This document shows positions 37,648-50,400 of a DNA stretch of 60,177 nucleotides, piece after piece. Position 1 is the first letter of the stretch. Every line of letters begins with the position of its first letter. Below the pieces are notes generated by a model, which worked only from the letters and a program-made list of their open reading frames with translations, ran no database searches and was not told the origin of the DNA. Both the position numbers and the translations under genes were made by a program. The DNA comes from Catajapyx aquilonaris (Eukaryota): assembly GCA_000934665.2 (NCBI GenBank), contig KZ538589.1:1-60177 (forward strand), in the 5' to 3' direction.

Positions 37648-38249
37648 TGTATAGGGTGGTTAAGAGCCAGATGATGGAAGACGGGCTGAAATGTGTCGTA
37701 TGGATGACTGATGGTTCAAAATTGTCATAAGACTTGCTGGACAAGCCTCTCTTTCTTGCTGCCGTGTATTGGAGCTGAGTTTGTGCATCTAAGGAAAGGA
37801 TGGCTATTATAGTGATTGTAATCGAATAAGACACGGAAAACGGCCTGGCAGTTGTTTGCTTCTGGTGTACTGTTGGTAAACAGTTTGTAATTCCTTGAAA
37901 ATTAAAATAAAATTTTGGAATTTATGCGCGACTGTCGGATGTCCGTATAGCTCAACTCTGAAGCCCTCGTGTGTACTTCCTTTCCACTCTTTGTCTGATC
38001 AAGTGCCCGAGCATCAATATCTTTACAAAACAAGTTTCCTACAATTTCCCCACATTACTTGGGACGATCCTTTCACAACGTAAGCAGCGTCTAGGGAGTG
38101 TTTTTTTTTTCGCACGGTGATGACTTACCCCGAAGCAGGGTGTCCTATGTGGCTTCTTCATCATTCTAGTGCTAGTCACTGACACGTGAGTGTTATACTG
38201 TTAAGTGAATTGTCCTTATAGTAATTCCATCCATAGTTTTGAAGAAATC

Positions 38250-40480
38250 ATGCGGTCGAGTGGCCGTAACGCACAAGGTGTGTGTAAAATATACTGCGGC
38301 TCTCATGTTCATTAATAATGTAAGGAGTTAAGCAGAAGTAAATCTTCTTTCTTCTCGGATTGGCTGCATTCACCGCGCCATTCTTGGTGATTAACAATCT
38401 GAAGAGAAGATAAGAGAAGAAAATAAAAACGTATATTTTAGTGGTTTTTAATTTTTTTGAGGCGATGGACATTATGCTGAGTTCTGGATATCCGCAATAA
38501 TATATATTAATGTCTAATCGCAAGTCGTTTCGTGCTCTATTGGAGTGCGATGGTCTTGGTTAAGCACTGTTGAGTGGGAAAGATGCCTTACTGCGGATAT
38601 TAGCTCGTGATAAGTGTTGTTTGAATCCCGCGTTTTTGTTATCAAATTGTCATACACAATGTATGCAACTTGGTATGACTTTGCGTGATATTTCATTGTA
38701 AAAAAGCTTGAATCCATTTTGTTGACGTCTATTCTCCGTGTGACCATCATCCCAACTTTCGCTTCGCATCACAGCTATTCATTTCGAAGTGCATGTCACC
38801 AAGCATATGTGTCTTGCTTCGTTGTTCGTAGGTCGTCTGATTGGAGCCCCGTGACGGCTAATAGGAATTTCACAGTTGTGATCAACAAGGATGTGGAATT
38901 TATTTTGAAACTTTCGGCAAGGGGTGACCTGTCTATGATGAGATGTAGGGATTGGAATATGATCCTCTTCCTAACCGATAGAGTGTTGAAAAACTAATCC
39001 GACAATGATGAGTCAATTTACTGAAAGTAATTCCGGAATTTAACGAGCTTTGCTACCAAAAAATTAATTAAGCGATATTCTTTCTAATTATAATAGTCTT
39101 CTCATGTACTGCATACTTGTTACTTGTCTTTGTTGTTTTCAGTACACATTTGAAATACCGTACATCGCCTTTGTACACGATGAACTCTCTGGGTTTGATT
39201 TTGATATCTATTCTTTGCGACTTTCGGCATAACTGGTTATGAGGTCTATTGGCTTCGGCTTGTAGGCTATGTGGTGGTAATGTGTCCCATTGATTTTTAA
39301 AACTCTATGTCAAAGGCTTGAAGAGTGTGCGGGCTGGTGGTTTTCTCTGAACGACATGTTTTTCAGAAACGTCCCAGGCATCTTGTCGCATATTATACAC
39401 GCACTTCCTATGCGGTGTATATTAATATGCGGTAGAGCTGCAATAGGTAGACCTGTATAGAAATTTGTGTTCGTAAATTGTCGGATTTCATCTTCTTGGT
39501 GTTATACGTGGTGTGATACGTGACGAATGTCAACAATCAACTGGAGCGGTGTGGTGGAGTCCATGACAGTGTCTGCATAATGTACAGATTGGTACGTCAC
39601 ATGATATTAAAACTCACATTTACCAGTGCCGAAACAGCTGTACTTGAGTGTCTTGAACCTATTCTGGATTCATAATCACAGTTATGTTGTGTCGTATGGG
39701 CTCTGGACTAGTTTAGAACATAGCAGGGCGATACCTTACCTTTGACTTCACTGATATTCTTGCTCTTGTTCGACGGAGTATGTCTTGGTGATGCTTGAAC
39801 TCGTACTTCTCTCGCCAATGGAGCAGAGGCAACAACCACCTTGGTGACCAGTGTTGTCAATGAGAATAATTACACAAATAAAAGTATGTTCAGATCAAAA
39901 TAAATCTTCACCGTCTCATTCTCTGTTAGTAAGTAGTATAAATGGCGAAGAGAGCAAGAGTATACAGTATGATTATGTCACAGGCTAGGTACATATGTGG
40001 AAGAGTGAGAGTTTTGGGCTCCAGTTAATACAATGAGGTTACCCGTAGCAGTGTTATCAATTATCACTGTTTATTCATGGTTATCGAGTCTGACAGTAAG
40101 TGAAGTGAGCATATACATATACTCGTAGGAGTGGTCACATGGTATTTTCAGCAGCTGTCATGTGAGTTGTTATTGCAAATGATTTTAACACTGTCGAGTT
40201 ATTGTGCAATATTACACTTCTCGAGCGTATATCTCCGTAACTCCAGGTATCATATGGTGCTGTGACAAACCCGAGAGAACTACACGTATATTTGCATGTG
40301 ATCTGTATACACTGTACAGCATTATCGTTCAATTCACGTCATGGTCTTGATTGTTAATTGGTGAGTCATGCACATTCGCAACACGGCTATTTTCTTGTCA
40401 CGTGAACCCGTTTGATTACCTCCTTTTGTTTCACGGACTGGATTGGCGAGCATGTTTTTCTCTTGTAGCTCTGGGGTTTA
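38250..40480 (-). pseudogene. Endogenous viral element: rotavirus-like RdRp (VP1), motif F to C-terminal region, copy E
   Basis: Ordered motifs on minus strand: TGSRD (40397-40411, motif F), WSYGDIRSRSVILHNNSTVL (~40185-40245; rotavirus LSYGDVTRFLSNNTMVL as recalled), LTG/EPKT (~40020, motif B), DGEDLF (~39898-39915; rotavirus RVDGDD), then PCRKFQ and ITKNGAV shared with copy G. Confidence 0.68.
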
Positions 40481-40745
40481 GTAATCCTCTATTTGCACTG
40501 TTGTGACAGGCTGCTCTCCGCTCTCGTTGAAGATAGAGATACTCACGTTGTTGCCTCTAGCAACTTGTGCTTCCGTTGTTTGTACGTCTTGCACTAAAAC
40601 TGTACAACCGTTGTGTACGTGTTCCGTGGACACTTGTACACTTGTACTTCTGTTGGACTCACCGTGTACATACTGTTACTCAGTACTTGTGCACTTGGTC
40701 CCGTTAAAGTGCACCGTGCTAGTGTTGACCCAACACTTTTTTTTT

Positions 40746-40805
40746 ACTTTGTGGTTCTTGTGGTACTTTGTGGTACTTTGTGGTACTTTGTGGTACTTTG
40801 TGGTT
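40746..40805. repeat. 10-bp minisatellite (GTGGTACTTT)n
   Basis: About 5 tandem units. Confidence 0.85.
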
Positions 40806-41580
40806 ATGATGGTGTATTACTCCCTCCTGTTGAACCGTGGCCCGCACATCTAGTACCTTGCGTGCTGTCAGCGTGCTGTTCTTCCACTGAGGTGTTTTCA
40901 GAGGATGATTTCCTGTCCCACTTCGTCGGAGCGTTACGACGTCCAGTAGTCATCGGTGTCCTTACTGCTGACCTTTTGGTTGGGTTGAAGATTCCCAATC
41001 TTTGCAGTACCATTTCTCCGATGAAATTTTTGGTGACCCCAATGTTTGTGTTGAATCCATGTGATATGGGGTCATGTTTATTTATGGTTGGATATGTGGG
41101 TATGTACTCTTGCACCTTGTTACCACAGTGCGATTACTCCCCTTAATCCAACCGTAATTTTCCTCCAGTAATTTTGGAGGGGATTAGAGTGAAGGGTATT
41201 CACCCCTTTTTCTTGGTTGAGCAACTGTGTGTCCTGCGAATCTACCGTTCAGTTGATATTTAATATTTTGTGGCTTTCCTTTCATTTGGCAATACCATTA
41301 TTTTGGAAGGGTGTGAACTTGCCTTGCTTTCACTGCTTATTATTGTTAGCCGTCCGTTTACCCTTCCTTCAAATGTTGTTCTGGAATTCCCCTTATTTTG
41401 GTTGATAAAATTCACTTTTATGAATGCAATCTTGGCTATGTCTCTTTTCCTCTGCTTCTGTATCAGGGTCCTCATCGAGACCTTCGTAAATCTCCAGGTG
41501 ACATTTCTTCAGATAAACTTGGCCTAGAGGAAACCGCTCACATTCCGAAATGCACATATTATTTTAATCAACGGCCTCCA

Positions 41581-43101
41581 CTAATTGTATTCTGCTTCTT
41601 TGAATTGCCCCAGGACAATTAAATAAGTAGTGACTGCGCCTGAAATCTGCAAAGAAAATTGCAACTGAAATTTCTGCCCAATTTTAGATGTAATATTTGG
41701 AATAATACAATGGATATATTTTAAAAAAATCTTATATAACTAATTTGAGATCAATTTCTACGAAATTTCAATTTCTTTCTCGTATTATAAGGTGCACAAT
41801 AACAGCAAAGGTCTTACTTCAGTGAGCAGCCCACGATTGACCGCAAAGAAGTTGGCAGCTGTAATTTGCACGGGCGTGCAGCTCATCATCTGGATAATAC
41901 CTGTAATCTTCATGAGAAGTTAGTGAAACTAAATTCACATCCAGAATAATTAGTCTCCTTACTTGTGCTTTGCAATCTTTATTCTTTTCCATTGCACGCA
42001 CTTTAATGAGGTCTCTCAGTGCCGACGTGGCCTGAAATAAACAATTAGTACACCTGTCTCGACTCCTGAGCAATATACTAATTGTTATTGGTACCTACAC
42101 GTGACACTTACATTTTCCGGAATTGCCCCCAGGATGACAGTAAACCCAGCTGTCGACGCCATTTCGCACACAACAATAATGATACTCATGGCGTATCGCA
42201 TCCCCTCTTGTCCTTCGAACCGGCACAGGACCAGCGAGAACACGGTGTGGGTGATTGTCACCGTGATGATCAAGTATAGCAGCAATATTGGGATTCCGTA
42301 CACTCCTGATATCTCTTTCACCAAATCTGAGCTTTGAAACAGCTGATCCAACGTACGTTGGAGTTTGAACTTGATATATTCTGTCTCCTGGTACCTACAC
42401 AGGGTGTCGCACAGCCTGCTGATCTTATCGTTCACTTCCTTGAGTGTCTCATATACAATACATGCCAAAAATGCAACCTGTGCCATCAGATAGTAGACCG
42501 GAAAAGCACAGTGCCAAATGACTAATATGTAGACTATGGAAAATGCATCGCGTCTCTGCTCGAACAGAATTGTGTCCGAAATGGGATGCATCGCTCGCAT
42601 GAATGTCATGAACAAGCAGTGGATCACAGCAGCACGAGAGATTCGACCCAGCTTGTTGACTCGGTTTGGCGACAAGTCCACTCGGGACATGTCAGATATT
42701 ATTTTCCACACTTTGTTGACCTTAGTTTGCATGAGGAAGAATATGGTCCAGGAGCAACCCATGTTCATTACCAGATCCACGATTCCTGTCACCTTTTCCG
42801 TTATGATCAGTCCCGAGAACGCCAACATTTGTGGTGGTAAGTGATAGGCGAAGACTGCGACGTAAGACATCAACAGTCCGACATGTATCAGAAAAGGCCA
42901 ACGTTTCCACCATTTGGCATTGAAACATGATGGCAAGAATCCGGACACGACACCCAATCGAAGCACTGGTTTACACACATTCAATATTGCGCTTTGCCTT
43001 TTCTGGAACAAAACTTTCTTGGGAATACCAACCACAGGATACACTTTTCGGAACATTTCCTCGAAAGCTGAATAAATGTCGAAGACTGGCTCCTGTTTCA
43101 T
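41581..43101 (-). CDS. Gustatory receptor (7tm_7 family), ~404 aa, 4 exons
   Basis: Exons 43101-42112, 42031-41963, 41907-41818, 41646-41581; phase-0 GT-AG introns. C-terminus VQITAANFFAVNRGLLTEISGAVTTYLIVLGQF. True start may be a downstream Met. Confidence 0.92.
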
Positions 43102-44775
43102 TAGCGAGTAGCAGAACCACTTGAAATGTCTGACACGCTCCCAATAGAATTGATGGGCTGTTTTTCTTATTTGACGAACGAACGACAGCTAAAAGTACCA
43201 GAAGTTTGCTATCGATTAAGTAGATGGACAGGAGTATTGTGTGGATATTTTTATTGACGGCTTCAGCACTCCAGAGTTGGGTTTTTTTTGTATTCAATAT
43301 AATAATGATACTTAGCCTTTGTCCTCTGCACATTCGGCGTACAATAATATCAATTCATGTAGATGGTATGAGAAGCTTTCATTTGTTTGTGTTTAGCCGG
43401 TTTCTTACATCAGTTTGGTGGGAACTATGAACGTACGCTTTACGCTCAAGATCGTAATATTTTTTCCAATTATTATCAAGTGACTTAAGTTTTGTGTGCA
43501 AAATGAGACGTGTAGCAGTTGAGCTTTTTGCTACTTTCATACCAAGGTCACATGGGAAAAATAATGACCTGTCAGGTGGCCACATTATTTTAAAGCCTGC
43601 TAACAAATCCTGCGCAGGTGTGATTTATGATGAGGGAACAGTTAGAAATATCAAGGCAGCTTTACACCCTCAGTTCCTCTTCTTCCAGTTCCATTATCCA
43701 ACACAACAACTGTGATGCCAGTAATTGACCGTGCAAGCTGTGGTTATAATTCAAGTGTCGTGCATTGACGTAAGTAGTCAATTGAATTAGTTGCTGCCCA
43801 GTGACGCTGTGCAGATTGTTTATTCTGCTCCTTTGAACTGATGAGACAATAATATTTCGTAGGTGATTGCGGCTGTAATCTGAGTAAAAGCGACATGTCA
43901 GAAATATTGCTGTTATATTAAATTGAATTATCTTACCGAAGTCAGCCGACGTGAATATTCACGCTCCTGAGTCATGTTGTCGGCAAATGCTACTCATTTG
44001 GTGTGTGCTTACTCTGTACAGCACATTACGGTGTAAGCAGGTATACATTAATAATTTTGTGAGTCATTTACTGGCAGGTCCAAGGCACTCAGGATATGGA
44101 ATCGATGAATGTCCACATTCTACGAACTGGTCTTTGAACAATGGTATTGTTTTCAAGACACCCATCATTGATCGTCTCTTGAAACTGCTCGTTAAAAGAT
44201 TTTTCGTGATCGCACGACACGGAGTAGTTCTATAGTTGTTTCACTCGAATAGTTTCACACTTCGCCAATGATTTAGCGAAAAGTTGGAAAGCGTATTTAA
44301 AAAATCGGAAGTGCAAGAGTTCGTCTAAATAATTGGCCGAACTACCAAGTTCTCACTGGATTTACGAAGTTGTTACACCCATGCCCTAATCTTATTACTG
44401 TTTTAATTGTTTGCCACGGACAACAATTGAAATGGCTACAAGCCATTGCCATGAGACTACTAAATACAACAAAATTAATATCGTAGCAAAAGAAGTCATC
44501 CAGGGCAGGGTCTTTATCCTGATTTAGTATTTCATCTAAATCGAACGGTGAGGTTAAGTCTCCACTTTGAATCTTTCAAATTACCACCTAGATCGCAACA
44601 CCTTGTTGTTGCGCATACAATTGGTCACAATTTTATTAGGCTACTCCTCTCGTTTCAAATGCAGTCAGTGACATTGTCGAAACTGGTTTCCTGTGAAAGT
44701 GAATAGTCCCTGCGCTGGATAGTGCGCACTATTTGCTTCAAGATTTCAATTACTTTGTGTATATTAAATAGAGGC

Positions 44776-46296
44776 ATGCCACGACCAAGGAGTGACTCAT
44801 TTCCTCGTCTGCAACAACTGGCCCTGAGGTCTGTGGTCCAGCTGGTGCTCAAATGCTGCCAAACACAATCCAAGAGACACACCAAAACTGTGTCCAAGGC
44901 CATCCCTGTCACCCTGGCTGACGACTACATGATGGAGGTCATCTCGCGTGGTCGAGAGTGGTCGAGAGTCAACCTCCGCAACGCAATGTGTCCCTGGTGC
45001 ACCCACCTCAACCTCAGGTCCACCAAAATGGACATGAAGGTGGCCAGAAACCTGGGCAGGCTGAAGCACCTCACCTGCCTGACTGTACACCCAGACCAAT
45101 TCGGCTACTATCCCAGTGGGCGGGCCATAATTAAGGAGGTGGTCAAGCACCTGCCCAAACTCCAGAGGCTGAAGTCTCTCGTACTAAAGGGGCCGGTGAC
45201 CGACGACGTGAACCTCTTTGGGAAAGTGGTAGACTGTCCTTCTTTGGAAGACCTGTCGTTCGAGTGGGGAATGTCTCCAAATCAGCCGGTGACTCTGGAG
45301 AGTTGCCAGAAACTAAAGAGGGTGTGTGTCAAGTACAGGGGAAATTCTGTGGAAGAAATGCTCGCCATCATGCTGGCCATCCCTCAGCTGGACACACTGA
45401 CGATCCTGCACGAGAATCTGGAGAAGTCATTGCTCAAAGCGTGCCATGGGACCTATCACCTTCGGAGACTGAAGACCGTGTTTGATGACGTGCAGATTGG
45501 AAACGATGTGGAATCATTGGCCCTTCACTTCCCAGAACTGCAGGAGGTGAGACTGACCAGGTGCGACGACCTGTCCCCAATCAACAGCATGGTGCACGTC
45601 AAGGAACTGGAGTTGTCAGAATGCACCGCGAATCAAGTCTCGGTACTGGATGGCGCAGTCTTATCTCATCTTGTGAGCCTTCATCTGACTGAGGTTCGAG
45701 ACCTGCAGGCGGTACTTGGAGTAATCCGCGGCCCACTTCAAGGCCTAGAGAGGTTGAGGCTGATGATATGCGAACAGGTCGACCTGGTGCAGATCAACAA
45801 CCTGTTCCCAAATTTGAGCCACCTTAAGCTGTTTTACTGCCAGTTGACCAGCATATCTCGATACAAAGGCAACCCTTTCATGCATCTGGAGAGGCTGATG
45901 ATCATGGAGGCACAGGACGCTGTGAGTCGACAGCATCTGGCCTACCTGTTGTCTCACTCGTATGATCTGGATAGTCTGGAGGTAATCCATAGCTGCGGCC
46001 TGGATGACACAACTGTCCACTACCTGCTTCAACTCAACCCGATGACCAAGCTGAAAAAATTGTATTTGTGCAGCGACCGTCTAACTCCTTCTGTAGCTTC
46101 AGTGATCTTTGACAATTTTGGGAAGGACCTGGAGTCCGCGGAGTTTGACGGTGAGCATATGGATGACTTACCGAACGGTTTCTTTAATTTGATGCAGGAG
46201 AAGGTGAAGCCATACTTCTTCAACATGAGGATCGGGCACAAGGTGCACACCATTCACAAACCAGGCGGACAGATGCACCTTATCGAGTCTATGTAG
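44776..46296 (+). CDS. Intronless leucine-rich-repeat protein, 506 aa, paralogue 2
   Basis: First in-frame ATG is at 44776 (the ORF track starts at a GTG, 44722). N-terminal FPRLQQLALRSV; LRRs LKHLTCLTV, CPSLEDLSF, FPELQEVRL, FPNLSHLKL. Colinear with 25299-26822. Confidence 0.88.
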   Translation: MPRPRSDSFPRLQQLALRSVVQLVLKCCQTQSKRHTKTVSKAIPVTLADDYMMEVISRGREWSRVNLRNAMCPWCTHLNLRSTKMDMKVARNLGRLKHLTCLTVHPDQFGYYPSGRAIIKEVVKHLPKLQRLKSLVLKGPVTDDVNLFGKVVDCPSLEDLSFEWGMSPNQPVTLESCQKLKRVCVKYRGNSVEEMLAIMLAIPQLDTLTILHENLEKSLLKACHGTYHLRRLKTVFDDVQIGNDVESLALHFPELQEVRLTRCDDLSPINSMVHVKELELSECTANQVSVLDGAVLSHLVSLHLTEVRDLQAVLGVIRGPLQGLERLRLMICEQVDLVQINNLFPNLSHLKLFYCQLTSISRYKGNPFMHLERLMIMEAQDAVSRQHLAYLLSHSYDLDSLEVIHSCGLDDTTVHYLLQLNPMTKLKKLYLCSDRLTPSVASVIFDNFGKDLESAEFDGEHMDDLPNGFFNLMQEKVKPYFFNMRIGHKVHTIHKPGGQMHLIESM

Positions 46297-46883
46297 CCAC
46301 CAAGTTTGTTAGATATGCAACAAAATTCGTTGATTAATAATATCAAATCGAAATAAACATTGTACATGTGGTTTATGCGCAATTACCCGTGTTTAATATT
46401 AAATACAAATTTGGGGTTAGGAGGTATCACGCTGCTGTGTTTGGGCAACACTGTTCTGGTATACTTTTTAACAGTTCTAGACCAGTTATTATTTATGATG
46501 AGACAACAGTCGTACGGGTCGCGGTCCTTCAAGTTCCTCTCCTTCCTCGGGCCATGGGACCTTCTGTTTTAGTTCCTATATCATGGACATCCTGTCTCTG
46601 TAGCTGCTGGATGATGACCACTTGCCCTCCGCTGAGAAGGGCCACGCTCTCACAGTTATCGCCTTCATCCAGCTAACAGCATAATGTAGATATTCCATCC
46701 ACATCGTTACTGGTTATTATTGCATCCACCAGTCCATCCATCCACACTTATACTCGGCCTGGTCTATTCCGCTCCTCTGAACTGAGCCAAGACTATTATG
46801 TAGGTGGTGATTGCGGCTGTAATCTGAGTAAAGGCCACATGCCACAAGTTGTCATTATATGTACTTGATGTTATTAGACAAGA

Positions 46884-46911
46884 CTAGCAGGTTACCCGGC
46901 GTTGCCCGGGT
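46884..46911 (-). mobile_element. Helitron-type 3-prime terminus (GC hairpin followed by CTAG)
   Basis: Minus strand ACCCGG-GCAACG-CCGGGT-AACCTG-CTAG followed by T. Confidence 0.55.
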
Positions 46912-47219
46912 ACGTTGGGGTGATACAAAGGTAGGGGTCCATATATATATTAGGAAGTTTGTTTGTTTGTTTGCGATGGGACGTGTAAAAAAGAGAGGCG
47001 GAGGATATACGGTGTAGATGCCATGCAAATGGAATACCCTTCAAACAAGCGAACTAAAATGTAACTTAGAGATTAAGTTATCGAAAGCTCACCGAAGTCA
47101 GCAGCTCGCGGCGTATGGAGAAAAAGTTGGCGGCTGTGATTTGCAATGGAGGACCACTCTCCACATTCACCAGAGCTTGGATCTACAATTTCGTTTCATA
47201 AAAACACATTTGCTATTCT

Positions 47220-47420
47220 AATGGCATGTATCCGCGGACCCATTATTCCCAATCCATGTCAGCTGAGGTGGCAGGTAACACGTCACGACCACGACGTACG
47301 ACACCAGTAACATGAGGTGGATCATGCCGATCAAACGAGACCACCACTTTATCGTCCCATCAGGGCCACCCAACACACCTGCTGCTGCAACACTAAGCCA
47401 GGCCACGGGTCGAAAAGCAG
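47220..47420 (-). pseudogene. Truncated gustatory receptor paralogue (N-terminus and TM1 only)
   Basis: RPVAWLSVAAAGVL..KWWSRLIGMIHLMLLVSYVVVVTCYLPPQL aligns with KPVLRLGVVSGFL..KWWKRWPFLIHVGLLMSYVAVFAYHLPPQM of the 41581-43101 gene, then stops. Upstream 47450-47580 resembles 44000-44110. Confidence 0.75.
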
Positions 47421-50400
47421 TGTAGAAATGGGAAGTGTGAACTTGGATTTGTATGTGCTTACTCTGTACTTGGACGTGATGTATTGACTTTTATAAGCTG
47501 GCCAAAGGCGAGGCAGATGATGGGTGTAAGTATGTGTCATTTAGTGACGGGGCCAAGGCACTCGCGAAATGTAATCGATTCAGTTCGACGTTTCTTCACC
47601 TCTGTCACATTTACCAATCCAACCTATTCTGAGAATGACATTCTTTACTAATAGGCCTACTGAATATTAATGAAAGGATTGTGTAGCACATCATGCTCGT
47701 TGCAGTTCAACCAGAAGGGATGTCATGTTGCTCAATGTACAGTACTGAATAATTTATATTGTATGTGCAAAGAGTGCATAACACTTTTTCAATATTGATT
47801 TAATCTTTGCAAGTCCACATTATACGTTTTACTTTTTAACAACTCATACACAGTTATTAATGTTTAGGAATTCTTTACTCTTCCTGTTTTTCCAGAGGTA
47901 TAAACCAGCTAACGGATATCACCCGCCAGTTTGCAGACGCTTGGATGACTTCTTTGGTATCTTCCCAGCGGTTCATAGATTTGTCTCCAACAAGGCCTGC
48001 AAGGTTATCATTCGTCTGGCACACAATTGTGGCACCTGCGACGTCGCTCCTCAGTACCTCGTTGATTCTCTTCCATCTTCGTTGTTCAGTAGTTGTTACA
48101 GCCAAAACCGGTATTTCGCCGCTCAGTGTCGTTTTTCTCTATCCTCTTCACTTCGCTCCTAGTCTCCTTTGGTAATTTAGGCCCTCGCCACATGTGGAGT
48201 ACTACCTGATGTGACAAGTCGCCTGTGGGATTGAACTGTCATTGTCCAGTTTCAAGACCGTCACAGCCTGGGTGCAGTTGGTGTCGCTTAGTATATTAGA
48301 ATGCTGGTCTTATGCTCATTTCCTCTGGTTTTTTTTTTCTCTAAACAATAGGTGCAGACATCTGGAATAGCTTGTTCTTGTGAATGGATTCCCTTTGGCC
48401 CAGATGCTTTTCTGGGTGGGTGGTCTTGCAGGATGCTCACTTACACCAGCAATTACTTCTTGTGTTGCCACCAGCCCCCTCCTATAGGGATAATATGATT
48501 GAACTTACTCATTACATGGAACCTGATGTTTATTTCCAGATTGCCGAACCAAAACTATGAAAACAGTAGTAATGATTAGCAGCTTTGCCTTGGTTCCACA
48601 CATAAGCTGTCAGTGAGAACTCATTCAGTGGAAATAGTTGACTTGTACCCTCTGTTTTAGTTAATTAATTAATTAACATTTATAATATACTGGGATAAAC
48701 ACACAAGGAGAGATTATGTTGCGATTCAGTGGTGTGTTGGGGAGGGGTGACAGTGGGGTATGTTATGCCCTCCCTATAGGAATCCAATATTTTATTTTCT
48801 TCATCTACATCTTCCCATTTGGGTTCACGTAGAAGAACAGGCTTCATCTTTTGGCTGCTCTTCTCTTCTTCTGCCCGTTTTTTATCTTTGCCTGGTTACG
48901 GGATTTGTGAAGGGTGCCGTGAAGATGCTGAAGATCTCAAGAACTGTGCTAGCTGGTATCTGGAGGTCTTTGGCTTAGTTGAATGCTGGTTTCAAAAGTA
49001 CTGGAGAGGAAGGACCGGATCTCCTCCGGGCGTACTCATTAGGCATTAAGATGGGTGTGTCACATATAGGCCTACTTATGCGTTCCATTAATGGATGATC
49101 TGTGTAATATTGTGACCATAGGAGTCTGTGCGTCCTAATCATCAAGTACATCAATACATCAAGTAAACCCATACATGTTGCTCTTCTTGGTTTATTTGTT
49201 GCATCTCATATCTGCTGAATTGTGTCACATGAACCACAGGTCCACACGTTTGTGTGCCAGCTGAATTTCCTTAGGATTCAGACCTATTACGGCCGACGAC
49301 TACAACTGGGACAACGCCATCTGTTGACAATTTATTGACATAATTATATAAGCTCTGCAGCGATTGCCATATGCAACTCACCCAACGCCAGAGATATAGT
49401 ATTAAACCCGTTATATGTAGTATTAAACTGTTATATTAAGCTGCCATACTATCAGGGGTGGTTTTGTCCCTGTAAAAGTATTTCAATCCAGAGTTGAAGA
49501 AACAGTCAATTAAAAAAGGCATCAAACAGTCCCTGTAAAAGTATTTCAAATAATGAGATTTGCTACGCAGCAAACCAGTCCTATTCAACAGCCTTTGACA
49601 AATTCCCTTTCACGCCAGGCTTATTTGGGCCTATATCATAAGACGTTGCGACGGCAAAGGTTCCGTCCGACTCTTGGTCTGACTAGTGGCTTGATAGAGG
49701 GAAATGCATGAATTTGAAGCGTGCCAGGGGCGATTAAACTGTTATATATGACCACCACAAGATTTATAATAGTTATTGCAGTTGGCTGAAATAAGACCAC
49801 CACTTGATATGTAACCACCCCCTCCCCCCGAATGTCCTTAGGATATAAGTGCAAAACAGGATGTGTTATGTATCAAGTCTGCATATGGCCACTTATTTTT
49901 GGCTATTGGCACACCATGGCAGACCTGGCCTTGCCTCAAGGCACAGTCCACATGTGCTGGCGTGGAGCCTTTATGGTCTGGTCGTCTTAACTCTGACACA
50001 GTCCGGATGTGCTATGCAAGATGTGGGTGGAAGATGTTGAAGTCTTAGCTGCCACCTCTCTATCATCCTGCTTTACTATTATGGTATGTTCACCTGCAGT
50101 GTTCGTATGTGGGCGAAATGTAGGTAATTATTATGTTGAATTGGTCAGTAATTTTAGTCAGTATCCTTGAAGGATCGTCTTTGTTATTATTTTTTTCAAG
50201 TAGGCCCCTACTGTATATGTTGTGAGTTGGAGGTGTATCACCAATATTATCATAATCAGTTTGACATGATTATACCAGCTCGCATGTGATGCTGGGTTCT
50301 ATTTTTTCACCATTTCTAATTCTAAAAAAAATAGTTTCTTTGGAATTGTCTCTTCCTCTATGCCCGAGTTTCATTATACTTTCCTCATTTCTTTTATAAC

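Larger units (their letters stand above)
34810..38220 (+). repeat. Segmental duplication unit, copy 2
   Basis: Diverged colinear copy of 22003-24390 with extra insertions at ~35770-36300 and 37063-37647. Confidence 0.9.

Noticed and set aside
40500..41530. ORFs of 100-177 aa between copy E and the second GR
   Set aside because: Driven partly by a minisatellite and low-complexity sequence; no recognisable domain.
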